NCBI GenBank assembly: GCA_002411015.1
Contig: DHPY01000075.1
Coordinates: 28,307-92,306 of the forward strand
Origin: Armatimonadetes bacterium UBA5352
GTDB lineage: Bacteria > Armatimonadota > Zipacnadia > Zipacnadales > UBA5352
DNA: 64,000 bases
Direction of reading: 5' to 3'
The notes beneath the pieces were generated by a model. The model did no database searches. It was not told where the DNA came from and worked only from the letters and a program-made list of their open reading frames with translations. This document shows positions 8,988 to 17,885 of the stretch, piece by piece; position 1 is the first letter of the stretch; every line of letters starts with the position of its first letter. The translations under genes were made by a program, and so were the position numbers.

Positions 8988-9479
8988 ATGGTAGAGGCGG
9001 TGGAGCCGATGGACGGTGCTGAGCGGGCATTGCGGGGCGAGTGCGAGCCGGAGCTCTCGGTGTTCAAGTTCGACCGGGTGGGGATAGAGCAGGCGCTCGG
9101 GACGCTGGAGGCGCAGGTGATGGAGGCCGTTTGGGATGCACCCGGCCCCGTCTGCGTGGAGGACGTGCGCGCGCGCCTCGAGGAGCACGGCAAGGAAGCC
9201 GCCTACACCACGGTTATGACGACGCTCAGCCGCCTCTTCGACAAGGACCTGCTGGTCCGCGAGCAGCGTGGCCGCGCGTACTACTACCAGGCCGCGCTCA
9301 GCCGCGGTGAGCTCGGCCAGAGCGTCACGCGCCAGGTCATTGACGGGCTGCTCAGCAGCTTCGCAGAGCCCGCGATCTCCTACTTCGTGGAGGCCGTGGG
9401 CGATCGCGATCCCGACAGCCTGGAGATGCTGGCCGAGGTGGTTGAGGAGCAGCGCCGCCGCAGGCGCGCCAGCCCCTAG
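8988..9479 (+). CDS. BlaI/MecI/CopY-family winged-helix transcriptional repressor (orphan: no BlaR1-like sensor adjacent)
   Basis: LGTLEAQVMEAVWDAPGPVCVEDVRARLEEHGKEAAYTTVMTTLSRLFDKDLLVREQRGRAYYYQA matches the penicillinase-repressor fold pattern. First in-frame ATG at 8877 gives a G/A-rich leader, so 8988 was chosen. Confidence 0.7.
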   Translation: MVEAVEPMDGAERALRGECEPELSVFKFDRVGIEQALGTLEAQVMEAVWDAPGPVCVEDVRARLEEHGKEAAYTTVMTTLSRLFDKDLLVREQRGRAYYYQAALSRGELGQSVTRQVIDGLLSSFAEPAISYFVEAVGDRDPDSLEMLAEVVEEQRRRRRASP

Positions 9480-9537
9480 GCCTGGCGGCGACCACGGTGC
9501 TCGCCGCAGCCGCCGCCAGAGGCCGCTGATAGACCGG

Positions 9538-10452
9538 TTAGATCGCGATCTCGATGCCGCCCTGCTCGCGTGAGCGGCGGGCGGCGTCAATCACCGCGAT
9601 GACCTCGACCATCTCGTCGCCGCTGATGGGCATCTCCCCGCACTCCGCCATCGCCAGGAAGGCCTCCATCATCGGGTGGTAGAGCGCACCAAGCTGGGTG
9701 ATCGTGTGCCAGCCGTCCTTGCCGCAGGCGGTGAACATCTGCCCGCCGCGCATGACGCCGCTCCAGAACATGTTCAGCACGATCTGCGCCCCGTCGCTGC
9801 GCTTCATACGAATGATGTCGCGGTCCTCGGAGCCCACGTTGATGACCGAGGTGACGCCGGGGCCGAGGATCCCGAAGGCGAACTCCGTCGGGTGGATCGC
9901 GTAGATGTGGAACTTGCCCTGGCCGCTGACGCCGTTCAGCAGCTCGATCTGGCCGAGGCCTCCGAGCTGCGCGCGCATCTCCATCGCGCCATCGCACCAC
10001 CGAAAGCTCGAGCAGGACATCAGCGGCGCATTATGCGCGGCGGCTATGTCCACGATCTGCTGCGCCACATCCGGGCTCTCCGCGAGCGGCTTGTCGATGA
10101 AGGTCGGCAGGCCTGCCTCAAGCGCAGGCACCACGAGCTGCCACTTGTCATACTCGCCGCTATCGGCGGCGATGACCGCGTCCACGCCCTCGGTCAGCTC
10201 CTCGGGCGAATCGCAGACCTCATCGATACCGTAGATCTGCTGCATCATCTCCGCGCCCTCACGGTCTTCGTCGTAGATCTTCACGACGCGCGCGCCCTCG
10301 AGGCGCTGGTCTGTGGCGCCGCCGGTCCTGAAGCCAAGCTCCTGCGCCTTCTCCTTGTCCCATCCATTGAACATCGAGGAGTAGGCGTTCCCGTGGTTGC
10401 AGCCGCGCTGGCCCTCGAACCTCACCGCAGCCGTGATCCCGATGCGAATCAT
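9538..10452 (-). CDS. Gfo/Idh/MocA-family NAD(P)-dependent oxidoreductase
   Basis: N-terminal Rossmann segment MIRIGI..., conserved FIDKPLA (EKP-like) motif. RBS AAGGTG upstream of ATG at 10452. The ORF-track start at 10773 adds a low-complexity extension. Confidence 0.6.
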   Translation of the reverse strand: MIRIGITAAVRFEGQRGCNHGNAYSSMFNGWDKEKAQELGFRTGGATDQRLEGARVVKIYDEDREGAEMMQQIYGIDEVCDSPEELTEGVDAVIAADSGEYDKWQLVVPALEAGLPTFIDKPLAESPDVAQQIVDIAAAHNAPLMSCSSFRWCDGAMEMRAQLGGLGQIELLNGVSGQGKFHIYAIHPTEFAFGILGPGVTSVINVGSEDRDIIRMKRSDGAQIVLNMFWSGVMRGGQMFTACGKDGWHTITQLGALYHPMMEAFLAMAECGEMPISGDEMVEVIAVIDAARRSREQGGIEIAI

Positions 10453-10621
10453 CGCGCACAGCACCTTTCGTGGGCCGAATGCCCGGGTGTGTCGAATTTG
10501 CGGTGCGGCCTTTCGGCGCCGGGCGCGAGACTCCTCCGCCCTGGCGCCGATGGAGGTTCGCCACCCGATATGCCGAAGACACACCTTCAGTGCCTGAGTT
10601 GCGCATGGACTGCAGGAGGAC

Positions 10622-13600
10622 GTGGCGATGAAGCGATGGCTGGTGGCGATGGTGGCTGCGATGACTCTGGGGGCGCTTCCGCTGCTGCTGGGGGCAGATG
10701 GCGATGGCCCGGTGGCCGCGTGGACGTTCAACGGCCAGCTCCGCCGCCTGAGCCGCGATGTCGCCGCCGACAAGCATCACGCCATCGCGCATGACGACTA
10801 CGCAAGTGTCGAGGCACCGGGCCTGCTGGCGCTGGAGTTCGATGGCGTGGATGACTTCCTCACGGTCCCGAACGATCCGGCGATCACAATGACCGATCGC
10901 CTGACGGTGGACCTGTGGGTGCGCGTTGAGGAGACGGGCGGGATCCACTGCATCATGGACAAGCGCGGCGAGCGCTACCGCATCCAGGTCTCGCCCGATG
11001 GCGTGCCGATGCTCGGGCTGAAGGCAGGCGGTGACCGCCTCGATCTCACCGGCGGGCGCATCACCTTCGGCCAGTGGCACCGCATCACCGGCACCTTCAA
11101 CCGCCCCGACGCGCGCCTCTACCTCGACGGCCAGCAGGTGGCGCAGGCGACGTGGGATCACGCGGTAGACGCCGGGGGCGACCTGATCATCGGCTCGAAG
11201 TCGGGCGTGGACTACTTCTTCGCAGGCGCGCTTGATGAGTTGCGCATCTACAACTACGCGCGACCGCCGCTGGCCGATGATGCGCCATCAGTCGAACCGA
11301 CGGGAGCGGAGGCCATGGTGAACGCGAAGCTGAGTGTGCAGGAGCTGCCGGACGGCGTGCGCGTGGACACGGGCGCTGCGGTGTATGAGCTGACGGATGT
11401 CGGCGGGCTGCGCTCGCTGATGATCGGTGGCGAGCGGGTGATCGCCGACAACGATCGGCCGCTGCTGACGGCCTCGGCCTTCGCCTCGGAGGAGTATGAC
11501 GGCTGGACCGACCACGCCGCCGGGGGCGTCGTGGAGGCGCAGTGGCGGCCGGACCAGCATCGCTATGAAAGCAATGAGGAGCGGTTCCAGGCCGCTTATA
11601 CCGGGACGCTCGACTTCGGCGGCGGCGACACGATCGAGTGCCAGCTTCTCCTCGAGGCGCGTCGCGGAAGCCCGTTCCTGACAGCCTACACGACACTCCA
11701 GCCAGAGGGCGAGTTCGAGGGCCGCTTCATCCGCGACCTGTCGCTGCGGCTGCCGCTCGCGCTGAACATGCGCAAGCGCGTCGTGCAGGGCTGCGACCGC
11801 GGCGTCCAGTGGAATACGCGGCACTTCTACCAGTTCCACGTGAGCCCGACGAGCCGCCTGATGGCGGAGCCCGACCACAATATCTGGCGGCGCTTCGCGA
11901 TCGACCAGGACTCCCCCACCGACTACCACGCGTGGAAGGCCGAGAGCTACGCCACTCCGCCGCTGACGATGCAGCGTGGCGAGCAGGCGCCGGGGTGGAT
12001 GGCTGCCTACGACGAGCGCGCGGGGCTGATATTTGCCTACCGTGGCCTCGCGGAGGCAGCACCGAAGGCCCTGCGCGTGGAGGCCGAGGGCACGGGCGAG
12101 GCGCGGGTCTGCCTGTGGCATGACAGCCTCCCCGCACTCGCGATCGGATCTCCGCAGGCGAGCACGGTCTTCGGCCGGCCGCACGTGATCGACCTCGCGC
12201 CCTTCGATGACGAGTTCAGCTTCGCCCAGCCGGATACGGCGCTCGCAGCGCTGTGGGAGGTCGAGGGCCTGGCGAGCGACCCACCGAGCCGGAACGAACT
12301 GCCGCTCGGCGGGCTTGAGCCGCTGGCGGAGGAGAGCGCGGAGGGCGAGGCGCCGCTGGTCACCGGCGGCGTGCCGCTCCCGCGCGGGGCGGTGAGCGAT
12401 CCGGCGAATGTGCGCCTGCAGCGCGGTGGCGCGGACGTGCCTCTGCAGACGACGCCGGTCGGATACTGGCCGGATGGCTCGATCATGTGGCTGCTGCTGA
12501 CCTTCCCGCCCGAGGGCGGAGCGGTCACCGCCGCTGCAGGGACCGGCGATGCGCTGGAGTTCGAGGTGACGCGTCGCGATGGCTCGCGTGAGGACTACAC
12601 GCTTCTCTACGGCGGCGACTGCGCGGCGGGCACACCCGCTGAGGCGCTCGCGGTGGGCGAGCTTGATGGCGCTGTACGCATCAACACCGGGCCGCTGCAG
12701 CTTGAGCTTGCGGCGGAGGAGGGCTGGCTGCGGCAGGCGACGCTCAACGGGCAGGAGATGCTCTCCGCGCCCGCGGGCAGCTTCGTGGACTTCCTCCGGA
12801 CGGATGAGCCCTATGCCTCGATGACCACGCAGCCGGACGGGACGCTCGATCCGGGGGCGTTCGTGCCGGAGACGATCGAGCTTGAGGAGGCCGGGCCGCT
12901 GCGGGCGGTGGTGAAGCTCACCGGCATGACCACCGCGCAGGACTCGCCGCGGATTGTGCTGCGCGTGGAGGCATACGCGGGTCGCAGTTGCGCGCGCGTG
13001 GAGCAGAGCGTGGAGTTCCTGACGCCCGACCCGCGCGTGGCCTTTGTGCGGCGGATGGGGCTGGAACTTCCGCTGGCGGATGCGAGCGGCGCGGTCACCG
13101 CCGGCGGGCAGGATGGGCCGGTGGAGCTTGCCGGCGGGCGTCGCGCGGGCCTGCGCCAGCACAGCCACCTCGGCTACACCGCCTGGAGCCAGCGCGAGGG
13201 GGAGGCCTTCGTCCGGCCGGATGAGGCGAAGAGCCGCTCGCGTGGGTGGCTGGACGTTGCCGGCGCGAACGGTGGCGTGGCGATGGTCATGCGCGACATG
13301 TGGCAGAGCTTCCCGAATGAGCTGGTGCTCGACGCTGAGCGTGGCGCGATGACCGCCTACTTCTGGCCGGAGAGCGCGCGGCTGATGGATGTTCGGCGCT
13401 ACTCGAACTACCCGCACCGGTCGCAGGGCGAGTCGGTTCCCGCAAGCTCCGATTGGGTTGAGGAGACCTACTACGGGCGCAACGATCCCTTCACCGGGAT
13501 CACGAAGACCCACGAACTGCTGATCGAGTTCCACGAGCCCGAGGTCTCGCCCGCGACGGTTGATGCGCTCGCGGGCGACTTCCAGCGCAGGCCGCTGATC

Positions 13601-14941
13601 TACTGCGGCTTCGACTGGTATGCGCAGACCGAGACCATCCCGCCGCAGCCCTCGCCGGACGCGCCGGAGTTCGAGCGCATGTCGGCGAACTACGCGCACT
13701 ACGCGGGCTTCTGGATGCGCCATCAGAGGCTCTGGGGCTGGTATGGCCTGTGGGATTACGGCGACGTGCAGCACTACTACAAGGGCGGCTATGGCTCGAT
13801 CGTGCCGCCGGACACGCTCGCCGGGCTGCTCGCCGATCCGCCCGAGGACCTCGAGACGATTGACGTGAGCGGGGTGCGTGTCGGCGACTACGCGCCCGGC
13901 GCGGAGTGGGCCTATGACAACGGCCGCTGGGGCTGGACGAACACCGAGGGCCTGCCGGGGCTGCTGATGCAGATCCACTACCTGCGCACCGGCGACCGCG
14001 ACACGTTCTTCTTCGCGGAGGCGATGGCGCGGCATGTGCGCGATGTGGACATGCGCCACGCGGGCATCTGGCTCGGCATGGGCACGCGCCACGGCGTACA
14101 GCACTGGAGCGATGGCAACCATGAGGAGCGCCAGACGACGCACTCGGAGTTCCGCCACCACTACTTCCTCACCGGCGAGCCGCGCTCGAAAGACTTCGCG
14201 CAGTTGCTTTACGAGCAGATCTACTCGCAGCGTGATGTGAGTGTCCACGCCGCCCACAGCGGTCGCACGCAGGGCCTGCTGACGTGGTGGCTGATGACCG
14301 GGAGCGACGAGGCGGCCTCGATCCTCGAGCGCTACATCCCGTGCTTCGTGATCCCCGAGGGCATCTGCATCTCGCCGGACGTGCGCTTTTCGGAGGTCGA
14401 GTGCGCATCGCAGGAGCGCGACCGCAACGGCGGCAGCATGTTCTTCTGGGTGTTCGGCGCCGGGCACGCGCTGGTGGACTACTACGCGCTGACCGGCAAC
14501 GAGAGCCTGCGCCAGGGGCTGATCGGCGCCGCCGACTACGCCATGCAGCAGGGCCCCGATCCGGGCATGTATCTCAAGGCGGTAGTCTTCGCAGCGCGCC
14601 ATGCCGATGACCCGACGCCATACCGCGAGTACCTCGAGCGCTACTCCGAGACCGATGCGATGAACTGGCAGGTCGTCCCGCACAACCCGGAGGTCTACGG
14701 CGCCTCCCGGGGAATGCTGCGTGGCGGCGTCTCGGGCTCGCTCTTCGGGATGAACGAGCAACTCTACCTGATGAGCGCGCTCAATGGCGACCCGGAGCTG
14801 AGCCCGGAGCAGTGGGCGGAGGTCGCGCGGGTGGACGCCGAGGGCGGTCCGCCCTACACGCCGCCGCTGCTGAGCTGGCAGTCGGAGTATGACCGGCCGG
14901 AGCTGGAGGAGTACCTGCGCATCAAGCATCCGCAACCGTGA
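10622..14941 (+). CDS. Giant secreted protein (1439 aa) with N-terminal signal peptide and LamG/concanavalin-A-like lectin domain; probable polysaccharide-acting enzyme of unassigned family
   Basis: Signal peptide MAMKRWLVAMVAAMTLGALPLLLGA. LamG-like block LEFDGVDDFLTVPND...LWVRVEE...GQWHRITGTF...LYLDGQQV...GALDELRIYNYA. AGGAGG RBS 9 nt upstream. TGA stop overlaps the downstream GTG (GTGA). Confidence 0.6.
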   Translation: MAMKRWLVAMVAAMTLGALPLLLGADGDGPVAAWTFNGQLRRLSRDVAADKHHAIAHDDYASVEAPGLLALEFDGVDDFLTVPNDPAITMTDRLTVDLWVRVEETGGIHCIMDKRGERYRIQVSPDGVPMLGLKAGGDRLDLTGGRITFGQWHRITGTFNRPDARLYLDGQQVAQATWDHAVDAGGDLIIGSKSGVDYFFAGALDELRIYNYARPPLADDAPSVEPTGAEAMVNAKLSVQELPDGVRVDTGAAVYELTDVGGLRSLMIGGERVIADNDRPLLTASAFASEEYDGWTDHAAGGVVEAQWRPDQHRYESNEERFQAAYTGTLDFGGGDTIECQLLLEARRGSPFLTAYTTLQPEGEFEGRFIRDLSLRLPLALNMRKRVVQGCDRGVQWNTRHFYQFHVSPTSRLMAEPDHNIWRRFAIDQDSPTDYHAWKAESYATPPLTMQRGEQAPGWMAAYDERAGLIFAYRGLAEAAPKALRVEAEGTGEARVCLWHDSLPALAIGSPQASTVFGRPHVIDLAPFDDEFSFAQPDTALAALWEVEGLASDPPSRNELPLGGLEPLAEESAEGEAPLVTGGVPLPRGAVSDPANVRLQRGGADVPLQTTPVGYWPDGSIMWLLLTFPPEGGAVTAAAGTGDALEFEVTRRDGSREDYTLLYGGDCAAGTPAEALAVGELDGAVRINTGPLQLELAAEEGWLRQATLNGQEMLSAPAGSFVDFLRTDEPYASMTTQPDGTLDPGAFVPETIELEEAGPLRAVVKLTGMTTAQDSPRIVLRVEAYAGRSCARVEQSVEFLTPDPRVAFVRRMGLELPLADASGAVTAGGQDGPVELAGGRRAGLRQHSHLGYTAWSQREGEAFVRPDEAKSRSRGWLDVAGANGGVAMVMRDMWQSFPNELVLDAERGAMTAYFWPESARLMDVRRYSNYPHRSQGESVPASSDWVEETYYGRNDPFTGITKTHELLIEFHEPEVSPATVDALAGDFQRRPLIYCGFDWYAQTETIPPQPSPDAPEFERMSANYAHYAGFWMRHQRLWGWYGLWDYGDVQHYYKGGYGSIVPPDTLAGLLADPPEDLETIDVSGVRVGDYAPGAEWAYDNGRWGWTNTEGLPGLLMQIHYLRTGDRDTFFFAEAMARHVRDVDMRHAGIWLGMGTRHGVQHWSDGNHEERQTTHSEFRHHYFLTGEPRSKDFAQLLYEQIYSQRDVSVHAAHSGRTQGLLTWWLMTGSDEAASILERYIPCFVIPEGICISPDVRFSEVECASQERDRNGGSMFFWVFGAGHALVDYYALTGNESLRQGLIGAADYAMQQGPDPGMYLKAVVFAARHADDPTPYREYLERYSETDAMNWQVVPHNPEVYGASRGMLRGGVSGSLFGMNEQLYLMSALNGDPELSPEQWAEVARVDAEGGPPYTPPLLSWQSEYDRPELEEYLRIKHPQP

Positions 14942-14952
14942 GAGGAACCGCG

Positions 14953-15945
14953 ATGGTCACTGCCGAGCGGGTCAAGGAGGTCGCGCTCACGTGCGGCGCG
15001 GATATCGTCGGCATCGGCGATATGCAGCGCTTTGAGGGCGCGCCGCTGCAGAACGATCCGCGCTACATCTTCCCCGAGGCGAAGGCCATCATCGGCCTGG
15101 GCTTCCGCGTCCATCGCGGGCTGCTGCGCGGGATTGAGGAGGGCACCTACTTCGCGGGCTACCCGGCGATGGGCTACGCGAACATCAACGACGTGCACGC
15201 GCCGATGGTCATGCGGGAGCTTGGCGACTTCCTCGAGGACAACCGCTACGAGGCGGTGCTCTACCAGAACACCTCGATCCGCATCGGCTGCGGCGTCGGG
15301 ACGCCGGTGCATGAGGGCTACCCGAAGCCGGATGTGTTCCTGCACTTCCGGATCGCCGCGTATCTGTGCGGGATGGGCGAGATCGGCTGGAGCAAGGTCT
15401 TCCTGACACCGCGCTTCGGGCCGCGCCAGCGCTTCGCGTTCATCATCACCGACGCACCGCTGGAGCCCGATCCGCTGGTCGAGCCGGGGACGCTCTGCGA
15501 CCGCTGCATGCGCTGCGTCGCGGAGTGCCCGGGGAACGCGCTCAGCGCGGAGAAGTCGGTCAAGGTGACGCTTGGCGGGCAGGATGTCGAGTGGGGCGCG
15601 CTCGACGAGGACCGCTGCGCGGCGGTCTACCAGGTCGGCACCCGCGAGTACAGCCCGTTCCTGCCCGAGCACGTGGCTGAGTACATCGACACGCTGATGG
15701 CCGAGGAGAAGGGCGCGGAGCGCAGCCAGATGCTCTCGTATGCGGGCTCGGGCCCGTTCAGCTACGCGAACAAGGAAGTCCCGTGCTCGGCGAAGGCATG
15801 GGAGAGCTACCACCACCCCTCGGCGGTCTGCGGCAGCCGTGGCTGCATGCGCGCATGCATGATCCACCTCGAGGAACGCGGCGCGGTCGAGAACACCTTC
15901 GAGAACCGCTTCCGCATCCGCAAACCGTGGAAGCTCGACAGGTGA
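14953..15945 (+). CDS. Epoxyqueuosine-reductase (QueG)-like 4Fe-4S protein
   Basis: QueG-like N-terminus (VKEVALTCGADIVGIG). Ferredoxin motif CDRCMRCVAECPGNAL. RBS GAGAGGA before ATG 14953. Immediately follows the upstream stop. Confidence 0.5.
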   Translation: MVTAERVKEVALTCGADIVGIGDMQRFEGAPLQNDPRYIFPEAKAIIGLGFRVHRGLLRGIEEGTYFAGYPAMGYANINDVHAPMVMRELGDFLEDNRYEAVLYQNTSIRIGCGVGTPVHEGYPKPDVFLHFRIAAYLCGMGEIGWSKVFLTPRFGPRQRFAFIITDAPLEPDPLVEPGTLCDRCMRCVAECPGNALSAEKSVKVTLGGQDVEWGALDEDRCAAVYQVGTREYSPFLPEHVAEYIDTLMAEEKGAERSQMLSYAGSGPFSYANKEVPCSAKAWESYHHPSAVCGSRGCMRACMIHLEERGAVENTFENRFRIRKPWKLDR

Positions 15946-16023
15946 CGCGGTTGGTGCTTATTCCACTGGGGCGGCGCGCGATAGGATCGGGGGACTCAGG
16001 GGTGGAAGTCAGGTTCAGCGCAT

Positions 16024-16380
16024 CTACACGTCGCAGAGCGCGCTGATGTTCGAGTACCACCGGTTTCTTGCCTTGGCGACATCCGCCTCGGTGATCTGTG
16101 TCCCGGCTTCGTAGCGAGCCTGACGAGCCAACTGCTCCAGCGCGAGATACTCCCGGAGGATTAGGTTGAGATGCTGCGCAACCGCTTTTCTGCGCGCAGC
16201 GTGATCCGGGGGGTGAACGCCATGGTTTGCGAGTTTGGCATCCACTAAGTGCAGTGCGGCATAGTAGACTGCAATGGCTTCCCAGTCACAGAAATCCGCA
16301 GCATTCAGTGTATCCCGCACATGCCTGCTGAAAGCCTCGTCATGCTCTGCCTTCTGCGCGTGCTGGTTCCGGGTCGGCAT
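16024..16380 (-). CDS. HEPN-like domain protein (118 aa), third gene of the islet cassette
   Basis: All-helical pattern. Rx5H motif RKAVAQH near the C-terminal half, as in HEPN RNase motifs (Rx4-6H). Start 10 nt after the upstream gene stop. Confidence 0.4.
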   Translation of the reverse strand: MPTRNQHAQKAEHDEAFSRHVRDTLNAADFCDWEAIAVYYAALHLVDAKLANHGVHPPDHAARRKAVAQHLNLILREYLALEQLARQARYEAGTQITEADVAKARNRWYSNISALCDV

Positions 16381-16390
16381 CGGTTGCCCC

Positions 16391-16963
16391 CTATGATGAC
16401 TGCAGCCTGAAACTGGTGCCCCTCTGGCCCACAGTCACCTGTCGCGCCTCAGGGTCACCCTCGTGGGCAATGACAAACTCGGCGCGGAGGTCAGGGAAAA
16501 TGTCATAGAGAGCTGCGGCCCGACCGAACACATCCTCCCAGAGATCGAGGTCCCGCTCCTCGATCACAACAACTATCCGGACTTGACCTCCGTCGTCGAA
16601 CGCGCCCCCCCCAACCACTCGTGGCAGCCCGCCAAGCAGTCGCATCAGGTGCCCGGCGACGAGGCTGGGACTGGGATTACTGATCGTGCGGGGCACGAAG
16701 CTCGGCCATTGACTGCAGAGGTCAAGTTCGCTGTCTGCCGGGAACTCCAACGGAACGCACGGCGCGATGCGTTGGAGGGCAGACCAGCAGTCCGCCAAGT
16801 CCAAAGCCTGCTCCATGTCGTCCTCGTAGAACGCGGTCGCCCGTGGTGCACTGCCAGCCCGCTGTTCCGCGAGTGTGCAGAATACCATCTCCTTAGGCAA
16901 CCGAAGGGCATCTTGGAGGAAATCCAGCACGAGCGTCTCGTCCATGCGGTCAGCTATGTTCAT
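16391..16963 (-). CDS. Hypothetical protein B (190 aa), middle gene of the islet cassette; start ATG overlaps the upstream stop (ATGA)
   Basis: Minus-strand ATGA at plus 16960-16963 couples it to gene A. No recognisable motifs (G-rich stretch VVGGGAFDDGGQVRIVVVIEERDLD). The ORF track offers a longer version to 17029. Confidence 0.4.
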   Translation of the reverse strand: MNIADRMDETLVLDFLQDALRLPKEMVFCTLAEQRAGSAPRATAFYEDDMEQALDLADCWSALQRIAPCVPLEFPADSELDLCSQWPSFVPRTISNPSPSLVAGHLMRLLGGLPRVVGGGAFDDGGQVRIVVVIEERDLDLWEDVFGRAAALYDIFPDLRAEFVIAHEGDPEARQVTVGQRGTSFRLQSS

Positions 16964-17631
16964 CTTCCATGCGCTCCCTCTACCAGAGATCTCGCGACCT
17001 CTTCGGAAAACTCCCAGGTTCCGCGCCAACCAGCCAACGCCTCCACGACATCGGCCCGAGCGTTCTCACTGCCTGGAACGTGATGGAAGTTAAACTGACA
17101 CTGCAGAGCAGTCGTTGGTCCGTCACCATCCGTGTCCTGCTGGGGCTTGATCGTCAGATGGACGCGGAAGACACCAAATTCCCTCTCGACATAGCTGCCG
17201 AAAGCCGAGGAGGCGTCGGGGAAATGGGCGACGAGTGGTGACCCTTCAGGCAGGAACAGCGAGCGCAGGATGTCGGGGCTGAAGGCTTCTCCACCCTCCA
17301 TCCCGCATTCCCACACGCTGTTGATACCGGCACTAGTCGGGTTCACGTCCTGGGGCAGGGCCTTCACGAGAGCGCTCCCGATGGCCATCGCTCGGTCAAC
17401 CGCTGGCTCGCTTGCGTCGCGCGCCGTAACCTGCAGTCGGTCGTCCGTGACGAAGAGACTGATGAGATCTGTGCGAAGTGCAGCGACCACGGGGGCGAAG
17501 ATTTTGTTCTCCGCCTCCGCCAGTTCCGCAGGCGAAAACAGACCGTTTGACGCCAGCCAGAGGGCATCCAGACGAGCGGGGCGGAAGTCATTCGCCCTCA
17601 CCACGACGTTCGCGGACTTTGGCGCCAACAT
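16960..17631 (-). CDS. Hypothetical protein A (223 aa), first gene of the islet cassette
   Basis: Strong RBS GGGAGGA 7 nt upstream of ATG at 17631 (MLAPKSANVVV...). The longer ORF-track version starts at a TTG at 17682. No recognisable domain. Confidence 0.4.
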   Translation of the reverse strand: MLAPKSANVVVRANDFRPARLDALWLASNGLFSPAELAEAENKIFAPVVAALRTDLISLFVTDDRLQVTARDASEPAVDRAMAIGSALVKALPQDVNPTSAGINSVWECGMEGGEAFSPDILRSLFLPEGSPLVAHFPDASSAFGSYVEREFGVFRVHLTIKPQQDTDGDGPTTALQCQFNFHHVPGSENARADVVEALAGWRGTWEFSEEVARSLVEGAHGR

Positions 17632-17885
17632 CTCGGATCCTCCCGTTACACGTTCAGACGGACTGGATGCCGCCCGCACCAAGCGAGCGAGTGGTCTCTA
17701 TATCGGCGTCTTGAGCAGGGACTTCACTTGCGCTATCATTCGCGTTGTTCCTCGTGGAGTCCTCCACCGCAGCGTCATTATACGGAATGCGCCGACAGGA
17801 GCACAAGTCCATGGAGGCATTCGCCTGGGGCAAAGTGATAGTGTCCGCTTGCAGCAAAGTAGAGGTGTCCTCCTCTGAGCCCGCC

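Larger units (their letters stand above)
15950..17885. other. Lower-GC islet (about 55-58% vs about 69% flanks) carrying a three-gene minus-strand cassette; candidate horizontally acquired toxin-antitoxin/defence module
   Basis: Visually lower GC and more A/T-containing codons across 15950-17885. Bounded by the QueG-like gene stop and the giant CAZyme gene stop. Confidence 0.5.

Noticed and set aside
9676-10794. 372-aa plus-strand ORF overlapping the Gfo/Idh/MocA gene and the LamG gene start
   Set aside because: Antisense/out-of-frame artefact. It would also conflict with the RBS-supported start at 10622.
11288-14935. 1215-aa minus-strand ORF antisense to the giant LamG-protein gene
   Set aside because: Translation is Arg/Ala/Pro/Leu-rich low-complexity text typical of antisense frames in high-GC DNA, with no motifs. 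Fully embedded in a well-supported plus-strand gene.
14854-15867. 337-aa minus-strand ORF opposite the QueG-like gene
   Set aside because: Antisense artefact. R/A/L/D-rich, no domain. The plus-strand frame has clear Fe-S motifs.
16463-17083. 206-aa plus-strand ORF in the low-GC islet
   Set aside because: Pro/Arg-rich and non-protein-like. The minus-strand A/B/C genes have RBSs and coupled start/stop architecture, and look more protein-like.
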